A stretch of 40,306 bases of DNA from Octopus bimaculoides. Its lineage: Eukaryota. The first letter of the stretch is position 1. Every line of letters starts with the position of its first letter. Location: NCBI RefSeq assembly GCF_001194135.2, contig NC_068984.1:78534376-78574681 (forward strand). Reading direction: 5' to 3'. Shown here in pieces: positions 9,800 to 20,434 of the stretch. A program made the translations under genes and the position numbers. The notes under the pieces are model-generated. The model did no database searches. It was not told where the DNA came from and saw only the letters and a program-made list of their open reading frames with translations.

Positions 9800-10200
9800 C
9801 TTCTCACAAAACAGCTGTTCCTTCCTTCTTTCCCTCTCTGTCTCCTGCTTTATCACTCTACTCTTTGTCACTTATTCTCCTTTTGTCTCTCTCTTTTTCT
9901 TTTTGTCTTTTCTCCTTCTCTTTTTCTTTCTCTCTATACTTCTTTGTCTTGCCTCTCTCAGTCTTTTCTCTCTCTTTGTTTCTATATATCTCACCCTTCT
10001 TTTCTCTTTTCTTATTTCCTTTCTCCTCTCTATCTTCCTTCCTGTCTTTTATTCTTTTTCCTCTTATTTGTTTTTGTTTATTTTATTTTTCTTGTCCCCC
10101 CCCTCCTTCTTGCTCTCTCTCACTCTTTCTTTATTATTTCCTATTTTTTAAAAAACTTTCTTCCTTTAGCTTTTCTGCCTTTTGTTTTCCCTCCTACTCT
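9800..10200. repeat. About 400-bp polypyrimidine (CT-rich) low-complexity tract
   Basis: Direct reading. It explains the Leu/Ser/Phe-rich ORFs. Confidence 0.9.
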
Positions 10201-10439
10201 GCACTAGTACACACAACAGACATATATGTATGTTTACTTAGCAATACAATTCTGACTGTTAATACTTCAGTGAGGAGAATGCACTGTAAAGAAAATGCAC
10301 TTCTGCTAATGAGTTCCAACAAGAAGGGAGCATGTTCTCCAAAGTTATCTCCCATACTTGCCAAGATAAATATAATGCTGGATCTCCAACTAGTACTATT
10401 TCTCTTTTTCCCATGTCAGTAAGGGATCCTCTATGCATG

Positions 10440-10640
10440 CTCCCACATTGAAAAACAAAAAAGGAAGCTAATTCTTCTTCAAATTACACCCTACCATTTT
10501 AAAAGAAAGCAAGTGCACATTGGATATTGTGGTCCTAGATGCACTATGCTTCAATAAAAGGCATGAAGGTCACTGCTGGAATGCTTTTTGATCATAGACC
10601 TATTGTTCAATCCAAGCTGGCCTCTGGCTAACCATTAATA
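10440..10640 (+). mobile_element. Fam-F copy (degenerate)
   Basis: CAAATTACACCCTACC...CATTGGATATTGTGGTCCTAGAT...GCTGGAATGCTTTT. Confidence 0.65.
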
Positions 10641-11067
10641 ATTCTTTTTCCTACATATCTGATATACTGCATATCTACATTTTCTATCAGTAGCTGCTAC
10701 CAATAGTTAATATCAGTAATTTGAAAAACCAATGGAAATAATAGTTTTTTTTTAGTTCAATCAGAAAGATCATATACTGCCACAGCTGCCACCACCACCA
10801 CCACCACCATCACCTATGTGATCTTACTCTGGCTTTTAAGTTCTAAGCATGAAATATGCTTTCACTAGACTTGATCAGAAGCCTTATTCAACCACTACTT
10901 GGTACAATTGAGTGCTTTTAATGGAGGCCCACTTTGTTGTAAACATTCAGGCAGGTCCCTAGTTTGGAGATATTTTCTTATCTTCTTCCCTACTAATATT
11001 AAAGGCACCGTAAAGGATACAAAGAAAAGAATTATTGATTATCAATAATGATCATTATCATTTTTTA

Positions 11068-11295
11068 ATTAAGGCACCAGTCTGGTAGAATCATTGGTAT
11101 ATACTGGACAAGGTGCTTAGCAGCAGTTTTTCTGACTCTTTGCTTTTGGAGCTCAAGCCCCACCAGGGTTAACTTCGCCTTTCATCCTTTTGGGTCAATA
11201 AAATAAAGTACCAGTCAGGAACTGTGGTTGATGTAATTGACTTGCCCCCCTCCCCTCAAAATTGCTAGCCTTGTGCCAAGATTAGAAAGAAAATA
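11068..11295 (+). mobile_element. Fam-E SINE
   Basis: CTTCGCCTTTCATCCTTTTGGGTCAATAAAATAAAGTACCAGT core. Colinear with 33174-33378. Confidence 0.8.
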
Positions 11296-11375
11296 TTCTT
11301 GAATAATTTAATAATTTTTCAGATGCCTGTATGTAAATTGAGCTGTTTGATAATTAATATTACAGAAATTTCTTT

Positions 11376-11600
11376 AAGGTATCATCAGGCTGGCAGAATC
11401 GTTAGCATGCCAGGTGAAATGCTCAGTAGCATTTTGTCTATCTTCATGTTCTGAGTTCAAATTCCAGTGTGCTTGACTGCCTTTCATCCTTTCAGGGTCA
11501 GTAAAATAAGTACCAGTTGTAAGCACTGGCAATGATGTAATCGACTTACCCCACTACTCTAAAATTGCTGGCCTTGTGCCAGTATTTGAAGCCAGTATTA
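11376..11600 (+). mobile_element. Fam-E SINE, second tandem copy
   Basis: GCTGGCAGAATCGTTAGCA...TTCTGAGTTCAAATTCC...GCCTTTCATCCTTTCAGGGTC. Confidence 0.85.
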
Positions 11601-11994
11601 TAGAAAGTTCAGGAAAGAATACTCTTCTGCTGAAAAATTCAAGCAAAATGTGTTTACTAGGGTTGTCTCTCATACTTCCTGTAGGAAAATTAATGCTGGG
11701 TTACTCTGCCCCACAAAAAGTTTCAAGTCTGATTTTTGCTGCATCGTTGTCAACATCATCATCATCATTGTCACCACCCCTCCTATTGTTATCATCTCAC
11801 CACCAGGTGTCAGGTAGATTTTGTGGAACCAGATTATCTAAAAGCAGAGGCTCTTCATGTTGCCAAGCCTTGTTTCCAAGTTAAGTAATATTTTCCCCTG
11901 ACCAGACTGTTTGCATGGGAGATTGAAAATGATTGACACTTCTTGTATGATGTTGGCACTTGTTTACAACACTCATGTAGTATCAAGATGAAGA

Positions 11995-12073
11995 GATGCA
12001 AACACACACTCACTTGTGCATGCACACTTGTCCAAGGTGCTGTGCAGTGGATTGAACTTGAAACCACATAGTT
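11995..12073 (-). mobile_element. Fam-C SINE head fragment
   Basis: ACACTTGTCCAAGGTGCTGTGCAGTGGATTGAACTTGAAACCACATAG. Confidence 0.7.
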
Positions 12074-12099
12074 TTTAATCTTGAAACAGGAACAAGAAA

Positions 12100-12600
12100 G
12101 AAATGAAATATTCTTTGAAAAGTAACTTGCAAGACAAGGATCCTTTAAGTGTTGAAGGCGTATTGGAGGAGGTGGTTTTGTACCAGGTGAGAGGAACAGA
12201 AACAGGTGTCTTGCTGTAGAAGAGATACATAGTTACCTCAATCAGAGGGATGAGAGAGAGAGCAAGAGAGATGGTACTGATGCACCAGGGCATACTCTCA
12301 ATGTATGGTGGTAGGGATGAGAATATAAATTGGATGGTAGAGCATTGCTGAGGGTGCATGAGTAGGGAGTTCACACGAATGCAAAAGGTGGGGAGAATGC
12401 AGCGACTGGTGAAATGTGGGTATATAGAGATGGGGACAACAGGATAAAAATGATACAGTGGGCAGGGCAGAGAGTACACGATTGAGCTGCAGGAGTAGGG
12501 AGGGAGAGATAAGCATAGTGTATGACAATGAGGAAATGTGATGTAGAAGGATTTATTGGAGTAAGGTGTGTAAACATGTCCCATAAAATGCATCCTCTCT
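12100..12600 (-). mobile_element. Fam-G purine-rich segment, upstream extension of a Fam-A-like element
   Basis: Homologous to 34808-35170 (GTGACTTGC...CCAGGTGAGAGG...CAGGTGTCTTGCTGTAGAAGAGATAC). In that copy it adjoins a Fam-A tail. Confidence 0.55.
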
Positions 12601-12609
12601 GTAAAGTCA

Positions 12610-12680
12610 TTGCTCAGTCCAGGAATTGAAACCACAATCTTAGGATCACGAGTCCAACACCCTAACCACTAAGCCACACA
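12610..12680 (-). mobile_element. tRNA-SINE head (Fam-D-related)
   Basis: Reverse complement reads GTGGCTTAGTGGTTAGGGTGTTGGACTCGTGATCCTAAGATTGTGGTTTCAATTCCTGG. Confidence 0.8.
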
Positions 12681-12689
12681 CTTTCACTT

Positions 12690-12925
12690 TTTGTCGGTTT
12701 CCCAGTTTCCATGGCATATAAATTCCTTACCTGGATGGGATGTCGATCCATTGCAGGATTACTCGTTTTTGCCAGCTGAGTGAATGAGAGCAACACAAAA
12801 TGAAGTGTTTTGCTCAAAAACACAACATGTTGCCAGATCCACTCAGCTGGCAAAAGTGAATAATCCTGCAACAGACTGGTATTCTGTCCAGGTGGAGAAT
12901 ACATGCAACCAGGAAACCAGCCCTT
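12690..12925. mobile_element. Head-to-head inverted pair of SINE central domains
   Basis: TTGCAGGATTACTCGTTTTTGCCAGCTGAGTG (~12751-12782) versus CACTCAGCTGGCAAAAGTGAATAATCCTGCAA (~12840-12871). CCTGCAACAGACTGGTATTCTGTCCAGG resembles my recollection of the V-SINE domain. Confidence 0.6.
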
Positions 12926-12989
12926 ATGAGTCTGCAGGACTCAGGAAGGTAACTCTACCTTTTTTACCTTTACTTAATAAAGTGGTTGA

Positions 12990-13320
12990 TATTTGGAAAG
13001 CATCCAGCTGTAATCCATGACAAAGCAGACCTCACTGGTGCCTCATAAAAAGCACCCCCAGTCCACTCTGTAAAGTGGTTGGTGTTAGAAAGGGCATCCA
13101 GCTGTAAAAAACCTTGCCAAACAGACCTTGCTGGTGACACATAAAAATCAACCAGTCCATTCTGTAAAATGGTTGGTGTTAGGAAGGGCATTGAGTCATA
13201 AAACCATGAAAAAACAGAAAGTGGGGCTTGGTGCAGTCCTCTTGCTTGCCAGTCCCCTGTCAAACCACCCAACCCATACCAGCATGGAAAATAGCTGTTA
13301 AATGACAACAATGACAATGA
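12990..13320 (+). mobile_element. Fam-A copy with internal tandem duplication of about 105 bp
   Basis: GCATCCAGCTGTAA...CAGACCT...GGTG...ATAAAAA...CAGTCCA.TCTGTAAA.TGGTTGGTGTTAG repeated about 2.5 times. Confidence 0.8.
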
Positions 13321-14020
13321 CCACCATCACCACTACCACCACTACCAACCCTACTACCATCACTGCTACTGCCGAAATTATACATTGGAAAATGAAATAT
13401 AAAAATATTGCAGAGAAAAGAGACTTCAATATATTGTCTGTGAATACCAAAATTGCAAAATATTGGATTATTTAAGAGGCTCATAATTGGTCTTTTTAGA
13501 ATATTTCTTCCTTCTACCAATTTATATTAATGCTATCTTCTGACTCATTTTTTGTAATTCTATGATTCTAAAAGATTTCTTTTTCTCATGTATAGATTGC
13601 GTAAATTTGATAATGATAATTTATCTTGTTTTTTTTTTTTAAATTTCTTTTTTAGTTTTTATGAAATGTAATGTTTTTACTCTGTTAATGTAAAGATAAA
13701 CAAATGTTTGACAATGTATTTAGTCTGGATAACAAGGATGATAATTAATTGACCAATGATCAATTAGTGTGTGATGATGTATTTACTGATATTATATTGG
13801 CTTGTGATGTAACTATCTTGCAATGAAATTAAAGAGAGTGTATTTACTGTTATGTCATTATCTTTATGTATGTATATCTGTATGAGAGATAAAATAGATA
13901 CACGATTAAAAAAGAGGGCATACGTAGAAAGCTGCAGGCCTTAATGTATTCAAAGGAGCCAATGATGTAGCCAAAATGTAGCTGTTATAAATAGTATCTG
14001 AATCTTTTACAAATTGCTGC

Positions 14021-14088
<68 letters not shown>

Positions 14089-14190
14089 TTGTGTGTATGT
14101 ATATATATGTATGTTTGTGTGTATGTATATATATGTATGTTTGTGTGTATGTATATATGTATGTTTGTGTGTATATATATATATCTGTGT

Positions 14191-14572
14191 GGAGGCACAA
14201 TGGCCCAGTGGTTAGGGTAGCGGACTCGTGGTCATAGGATCGCGGTTTCGATTCCCAGACCGGGCGTTGTGAGTGTTTATTGAGCGAAAACACCTAAAGC
14301 TCCACGAGGCTCCGGCAGGGGATGGTGGCGAACCCTGCTGTACTCTTTCACCACAACTTTCTCTCACTCTTTCTTCCTGTTTCTGTTGTACCTGTATTTC
14401 AAGGGGCCAGCCTTGTCACACTGTGTCACGCTGAATATCCTCGAGAACTATGTTAAGGATACACGTCTGTGGAGTGCTCAGCCACTTGCACATTAATTTC
14501 ACAAGCAGGCTGTTCCGTTGATCGGATCAACTGGAACCCTCGACGTCATAAGCGACGGAGTGCCAACAACAA
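14191..14572 (+). mobile_element. Fam-D tRNA-derived SINE, full length, young copy
   Basis: A/B boxes present, CpGs retained, (CAA)n tail, inserted in a TA/TG microsatellite. Confidence 0.95.
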
Positions 14573-15028
14573 TATATATATATGTATATATAAGAAGAAG
14601 AAAAAGGGATTCAAAAATATAGGCAGGTATCAATAAAGCACTCAGTTTGAAACGCTTTTGGTTAACTATATCCAACAATCAGACACTAGTAAATGCAAAT
14701 AGAATACACAAGTAGATCCAAATATCATTTAGAAGAATTTTGAGAAATTCAAAGTATTAGACAACAAAAATATGGATGGAGAGAATCACATAATTAATTG
14801 TGGAATTCACCATACGAAGCTGATGATCGTTTCTGTTGTATCAATATATTTAGATACAGAAAATATTCAAATTAATTTATCCGTAAATACATGTTAACAC
14901 AATATTTTCAAGGTGAACTAAGAAAATATTTCTAGTACACAAACACATACAAAAAGAACAAAAAACTAATCAATTTTGTATGGTGAGTTCAACAATTAAA
15001 GATGTGATTTTCTCTATCCATCTTTTTG

Positions 15029-15084
<56 letters not shown>

Positions 15085-15124
15085 AAATGTTTTGATATTT
15101 TTTAAGCCAAAAAATACAATCAAT

Positions 15125-15612
15125 AAAAATAAACAGGTTGACAGTTTTACCTGGTATTTTAATATTTCAGGTTTACAACCCCATCCTAAGGAAATCCTTG
15201 AAGAAAAGTTGGTATTTGGTGACTTCTCAGTCTTGTAGTATGTTTGTGTATTTGATATGCATTACTATAATAACCAATCAGTCATGTGCTATTCTGATCT
15301 GTTATTAATATGTGGTGTGTGTTTCTTAATTAAAAGTACTTCTGTCAGAAGTACCAACAGACAGTTACATATATGGATTAAAGAACACCTCTGTACTAAT
15401 GCTTCTTCATCAAAAAACATCTACGGAAATATCACACCCAAGATATCCAGGAAGAAACATTGGAAACTCTTTTAATTAAGAAATACACATGACATATTAA
15501 TAACAACAGAAAAATCAGCGAATAACAACTTTTCTCCAAAGATATCCAGAAGAAGGGGTCCTTATCCTGAAATATTGAAATATCAGGTTAAAATATCAAC
15601 CTGTTTATTTTT
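15125..15612 (+). mobile_element. Penelope-like element remnant: inverted pLTR, GIY-YIG 3' end, pLTR
   Basis: 15125-15216 is an imperfect reverse complement of 15521-15612. Between them lie SVRSTNRQLHIWIKEHL (GIY-YIG YIGST..LH.RIKEH-like) and a frameshifted LETLLIKKYT*. A decayed hammerhead motif lies at 15541-15584. Confidence 0.7.
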
Positions 15613-15667
15613 TTAAAAATTGCTTTGGTTTGGCTTTGTTTTTGAGAAAAATGATATAATTAAAAAC

Positions 15668-15802
15668 ATTAGGAAGGGCATTCAGCTGTAGAAACCATGC
15701 CAAAATGGACATGAAGCCTGGCCAGCTCTTCGGCTGCCCAGCACCTGTCAAACCATCCAACTCATGCCAGCATGGAAAACTGATGTTAAACGATGATGAT
15801 GG
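15668..15802 (+). mobile_element. Fam-A 3' fragment
   Basis: TTAGGAAGGGCATTCAGCTGTAGAAACC...GTTAAACGATGATGATG. Confidence 0.85.
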
Positions 15803-15859
15803 TAATATACATGAGACAATGCTTCATGAAAACAACACTACTTTACTCTGTGTGTGTGA

Positions 15860-16095
15860 GTGAGTGAATAATCTTGTCTTGATATCCTGTGATGATGGTA
15901 AACAAACATCTCTGTTATACAAGCAGTATTGTTTGTTTCCAGTCTTCTGGCCATGGAGAAATATTACCTTGGTTGGAAACAGGTAAGGGTAAGCAATATG
16001 AGGGAGCATCTGGTTGTATAAAATCTGTCTCATCAAGTTCTCTCTTGAGAACTTGATGAAGCAGAACTTGATGGAAAAGTGGATGTTAGGATGAC
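15860..16095 (+). mobile_element. Fam-B copy
   Basis: Colinear with 8967-9196. Confidence 0.75.
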
Positions 16096-16192
16096 ATTGA
16101 CATATATATATTTTCAGATGTATGCATTTTGCCTTTATGTATTTTTATATATTTTCTTCTTATTTGTCTTTCTGTCTTTCTTTTACTTCCAG

Positions 16193-16320
16193 ATTTTGCT
16201 TTGAAAACTCTTTTGCTTGCAACTTGAACTCACAACCCCATGGATACCAATTACAGTAGTGCATTTTCATATGAAGGAATATACTAAAACATATCTTACC
16301 CTATGGACACAAAGAGACTG
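16193..16320 (+). other. Candidate spliced exon with no open frame across it
   Basis: Long pyrimidine tract plus CAG at 16150-16192 and GTAAGT donor at 16321-16326. All three frames contain stops. Confidence 0.3.
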
Positions 16321-17194
16321 GTAAGTTGAGCTTATGCTGTTGTTTATTTGTTTCTTAAATGATTTTGTTATGATGTTGAAGGGGGGGGGGACTGCATCCA
16401 TGGTATTTGCATTTCACCCCATTCCTTAAGCTGATGACATTGCTGTGGTCCATGTTGATCTTGTATAAATGCAAGTTGACTACTGAAGAAGAAAGAATAA
16501 AAAAAATAAAAATCTTCCATGGTGAAGATTGAAGGAGTTGAGTGGAATTTCAGAGGAAACATGAGCTGGTTTGGGAGAAGGAGGGAAGATTAGGAAAAGC
16601 TGGTTGTTAGAGAAATGCTTGAGAGAGCGAAGAAGTGGATAGGAGACTTGATATGGGCAACAAGAGGAAAGAGTAGTGCAGGCAGGTATAGCACCCTTTT
16701 TTGTGAAACAGGCGGCATGAGACATGGCTTATCATCAGACAGGCCGTACTACTAGATATTCAAGATAATTTTTCATTAGGCATAACATGCAGAAAGTCCC
16801 ATGGGTTGCAGTTTGTTCATGACTGGTATACTGATTCAGGCTTGGGCACCAATGGTAATCAACTAACTTCTCAGAGCAGTAAAGGTCATTGTATGAGTGA
16901 TTGAAAGGTAGAGAAAAGAGATAATACATCTCCAGTTATCATGTCATCATTTTTTTTCTTTCTTAATATGAGCGAGTACTATGGAGCAAAACGGTAAGTT
17001 CTTTGCAAACCGATTTTGCAAACTTTGTTTGATTCTCATTGACAAATATTTCCCATCAGTTGCTACTGCTTTTGTCAAAGACAATGAAGACATGTGCACT
17101 GTAAATTCATACTCTTCTCAGCTAAACTTCTTTTGTGCCAATAATAACTGCATCACAAGTCTTTCTGACGAGTACGTTTATACTAAAAGAATGA

Positions 17195-17455
17195 AATGTA
17201 AAGTTGACCTTAGTAGGAATTGAACTCAGTGAGAATGCACTGAGCTGGAACCAATTTTGTTATTCATGTTTTTCTGGTGTTCTAACAATTGTGCTTGCTT
17301 AACTGGCACATTATTCTATCACCTTCAGAGGGATGAAATGCATAGATGACCTCAGCAGAAATTGAACTCAGAATGTAAAGAGCTGGAACTGTAAAGCATT
17401 TATTTATTTATTTTTGGTGGGCTAATGATTCTACCAGCTTGCTACCAATAACAAT
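17195..17455 (-). mobile_element. Fam-E fragments, partially duplicated
   Basis: GAAATTGAACTCAGAATGTAAAGAGC and CTAATGATTCTACCAGCT are reverse complements of the Fam-E head. Confidence 0.7.
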
Positions 17456-17479
17456 AGCAACATATCTTACCCCACTAAC

Positions 17480-17750
17480 GAGGAAGTCACTATGTGGTCA
17501 CACAACTTGCTAGAACAAACAGCCATATTGCTCTCAAATAATACTGTCATTGTCTTGAAAACATTAAGTACACTTTGGATAATGTAATGTTAGATATATG
17601 TAAAAAAAAAATTAAAAAAAGGCATGACCATGGGTGGAATGTCTTTGGTCATAATTCTGCTGAACTGGGACTGAACAGCAATTACAAGTCAACTAGAGTG
17701 TTTCTCTGTGGTTTCTCAGCTCCCTAGAAATAGCAGCCATATATTGTTTA
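17480..17750 (+). mobile_element. Fam-F copy or copies
   Basis: CACAACTTGCTAGAAC...CTCAAAT...GGATAATGTA...GGTGGAATGTCTTTGGTCAT. Confidence 0.65.
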
Positions 17751-18049
17751 TATTAAGGCCAATATCATCTTAACCATTTTACTGTGGAAAGTAGATATAT
17801 ATCCACTCAAAATTTCATTACCCTTAACTGTGCAAAACAGTTTTATATACCAGTCTATCTTTTGTTGGGGAATGTTACGTTTTGAACTATTTCTTGTTGT
17901 GATATTTCAAGTTTGTTGAGGCAACATGATTTGCAGAAAATACTAATTCTAGTTTTTTTGGTAGATATTTAACATCATTACTGGAATAAACCATGAAATT
18001 TAATTTTGCAGTTAAAAGTTTAAAGATATGGAAGAGATATTAAGTAATC

Positions 18050-18230
18050 ATCATTATTGTCATTTTAACATCCGCATTTTTATGCTTGTATCGTTCAGAT
18101 GAGTATGTTTTTGAGAAGTATTTTCTATGGCTGGATGTCCTTCCTGTAGTGAACTCACATTTGTTTCCTAGTGAGGTAATAATTTCCCAATCTATTAACA
18201 ACAAACAACCCAGACATATTTACTTGGAGA
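18050..18230 (-). mobile_element. Fam-B copy
   Basis: TTTAACATCCGCATTTTTATGCTTG...GGCTGGATGTCCTTCCTGT. Confidence 0.65.
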
Positions 18231-18399
18231 ACTGAAAACAAATGGTACCAGATGAATGAAACTTTTGTTTACAAAGATTGTGCAAAATGCCATGACATAT
18301 TAAAAGAAAACTGATAGATGAGCTTTGGTGATGAAATGTAACCAAATGAAGCCATTATTTGTAATTAGTAAATGAGGATGTGCAAACAAGGAAATAGAA

Positions 18400-18785
18400 A
18401 CTTAGCTGTGTGGTAAGAAGCTTGCTTCCCAACCACATGGTTCTGGGTTAAGTCCCACTGCTTGGCACCTTGGGCACATGTCTTGGGCTGACCAAAGCCT
18501 TGTGAGTGAATTTGGTAGACGAAAATTGAAAGACGCCTGTTGTATATATGTATATGTATGTATATATTTATATGTTTGTGTGTGTGTCTTTGTGTCTATG
18601 TTTGTTTGACAGTTGATGTTGGTGTGTTTATGTCCCCATAACTTAGCAGTTCAGCAAAAACAACCGATAGAATAAGTACTAGGCTTACAAATAATAAATC
18701 CTGGGGTTGATTTGTTTGATAAAACCCTTTAAGGTGGTGCTCCAGTATGGTTGCATTCAAATGATTGGAACAAACAAAAGAAATA
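18400..18785 (+). mobile_element. Fam-C SINE, full length
   Basis: Colinear with 22750-23146. Confidence 0.9.
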
Positions 18786-18791
18786 TGCACA

Positions 18792-18955
18792 AACAGGCTT
18801 CTTTGAGATTCCTTCTACCAAATCCACTCATAAGGCTTTGGCTGACTTGGGGGCTATAGAACAAAACACTTGCCTAAAGTACCACACAGTGTGGACTGAA
18901 CCTGAAACCACATAGTTGGGAAGCAAACTTCTTAACCACACAACCATACCTACAC
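18792..18955 (-). mobile_element. Fam-C SINE 5' part, inverted relative to the adjacent copy
   Basis: Reverse complement of about 18400-18545. Confidence 0.88.
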
Positions 18956-19688
18956 GTGTTAAATAAAAAAAAAAAGATTTTTTTTTAATGGAAAGGTCAT
19001 GACTGAAATACTTTTGATCGTATATCTGCTGGATTGGTGCTGAGATGAAGCTAAACAACAATAACTTTAACAATTACAAGTGTGTTCCATTTAGTCAACA
19101 GGCTGCAGAATAATCAATCAACATCAACTCATCATTTTCTCTCTCTCTCTCTCCCAGTGAAAAGCAGTATTTAATAAGCATATTGCTGTTGTCACTGCTG
19201 GTGTCATTGTTGTAGCTACTACTGTTCTTGATCTTACCAAAGTTTGCACTATGTGGCTTACGAAATGTTTTTGATGTCTGCTCCAGTGATTTAAATGCAC
19301 TCTTAATGCTAGCATTAAATGCTGTTTATGACCCTTTCATGTAAAACTTTGTGGGGCGGAGTGCAATTGTGCAGGGCGTGATACTCCGTGAATGACCACC
19401 CTCCCTCTGCACCTCCCCACCCACCAACTCCTCCTGGATAACTGTACCCTCCTTGTTAATCTGCTGCACTGCAAGAGCTCCACAGCGTGGATAATTGTGT
19501 GAGCGGCAAGAAGAAAAAGAAGTAGTTTGGGCACATGTGGTGGTGGTGGTGGTGTTGATGATCATAGCAGTTGATGGTGATGATGGTGGTGGCTGATGTT
19601 GTGATGGTGATTGCATTGGTGGTAGAGTTGAGATGGTGGCCGTGGTGGCGGATCTCTCTCTCTCACTCTTTCCTGCTCTCTTTCTCTT

Positions 19689-19755
<67 letters not shown>

Positions 19756-19774
19756 GCATCCTGCAAAATTAGTA

Positions 19775-19955
19775 ACCAGCATTAGAACAGATTGGAAGAA
19801 GTCCAGAGAGTGATTGTCTAGTAACGAAGGGCCTTCCCTTCGAAATGAAGGGCAGATTTTATGATGCTTGTCTCCGAAGGGGACAACTGCATGGTAGGGA
19901 CACATGGGTTTTGAATGTGCTGGATTTGTGAAGACAAGAAGGAAATGAAGCAAAC
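19775..19955 (+). pseudogene. RTE LINE ORF2 fragment (post-RT/thumb region), frameshifted
   Basis: SIRTDWKKSRE, frameshift, then VTKGLPFEMKGRFYDACLRRGQLHGRDTWVLNVLDL*RQEGNEA. Matches the recalled RTE motif K.RLY.ACVRS.MLYGSETW. Confidence 0.8.
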
Positions 19956-20023
19956 AAAATCCCATTACAACTCTCAACTATCAAAATCAGAAGCTTTATA
20001 ATGTATGTGCATATACGCATGAA

Positions 20024-20170
20024 TAGGTGCAGATATGACTGCGGTAAAGACGTTCGCTTCCTAACAACACGGTTTTGAGTTCAAACCCACTGTGTTGTGG
20101 TCTTGGGCAAGTGTTTTCTATTATAGCCCTGAGCCGACTGAAGCCCTGTGAGTGGATTTGGTAAAGAGAA
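20024..20170 (+). mobile_element. Fam-C SINE, 5' part
   Basis: GGTCTTGGGCAAGTGTTTTCTATTATAGCCCTGAGCCGAC...GTGAGTGGATTTGGTA. Confidence 0.85.
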
Positions 20171-20304
20171 GCAGTAAAATCCTGTCTGCTGCTATTTACA
20201 TTTGTACTTGCTTCTCCACAAATCGCTGAGCAGTGATATTGTTGCCATTTCTGTTCCCAGCAAATCATCTGCTTGGCTTCGCACTTTTGAAGATGTGTGG
20301 AATA

Positions 20305-20358
20305 AGAGATCCCTAACAGAGATCCCTAACAGAGATCCCTAACAGAGATCCCTAACAG
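20305..20358. repeat. Perfect 13-bp minisatellite (AGAGATCCCTAAC)x4
   Basis: Direct reading. Confidence 0.97.
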
Positions 20359-20434
20359 GCAAGGTTTTTAGTGAGAGGAAGCACACTCAGTGTAAAACAA
20401 CCTCTTGATAATAACGTACACAAGTGCACACATA

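Noticed and set aside
9687-10422. Hydrophobic Leu/Phe/Ser-rich ORFs resembling membrane proteins
   Set aside because: Translation of a CT-rich low-complexity tract.
14580-15020. YEADDRFCCI as a possible RT YxDD motif upstream of the PLE remnant
   Set aside because: Spacing is wrong, surrounding frames are full of stops, and no other RT motifs are recognisable.
16700-17223. Open frames (WLIIRQAVLLDIQDNF...; MEQNGKFFANRF...)
   Set aside because: Short, no recognisable domain, and within chance expectation.
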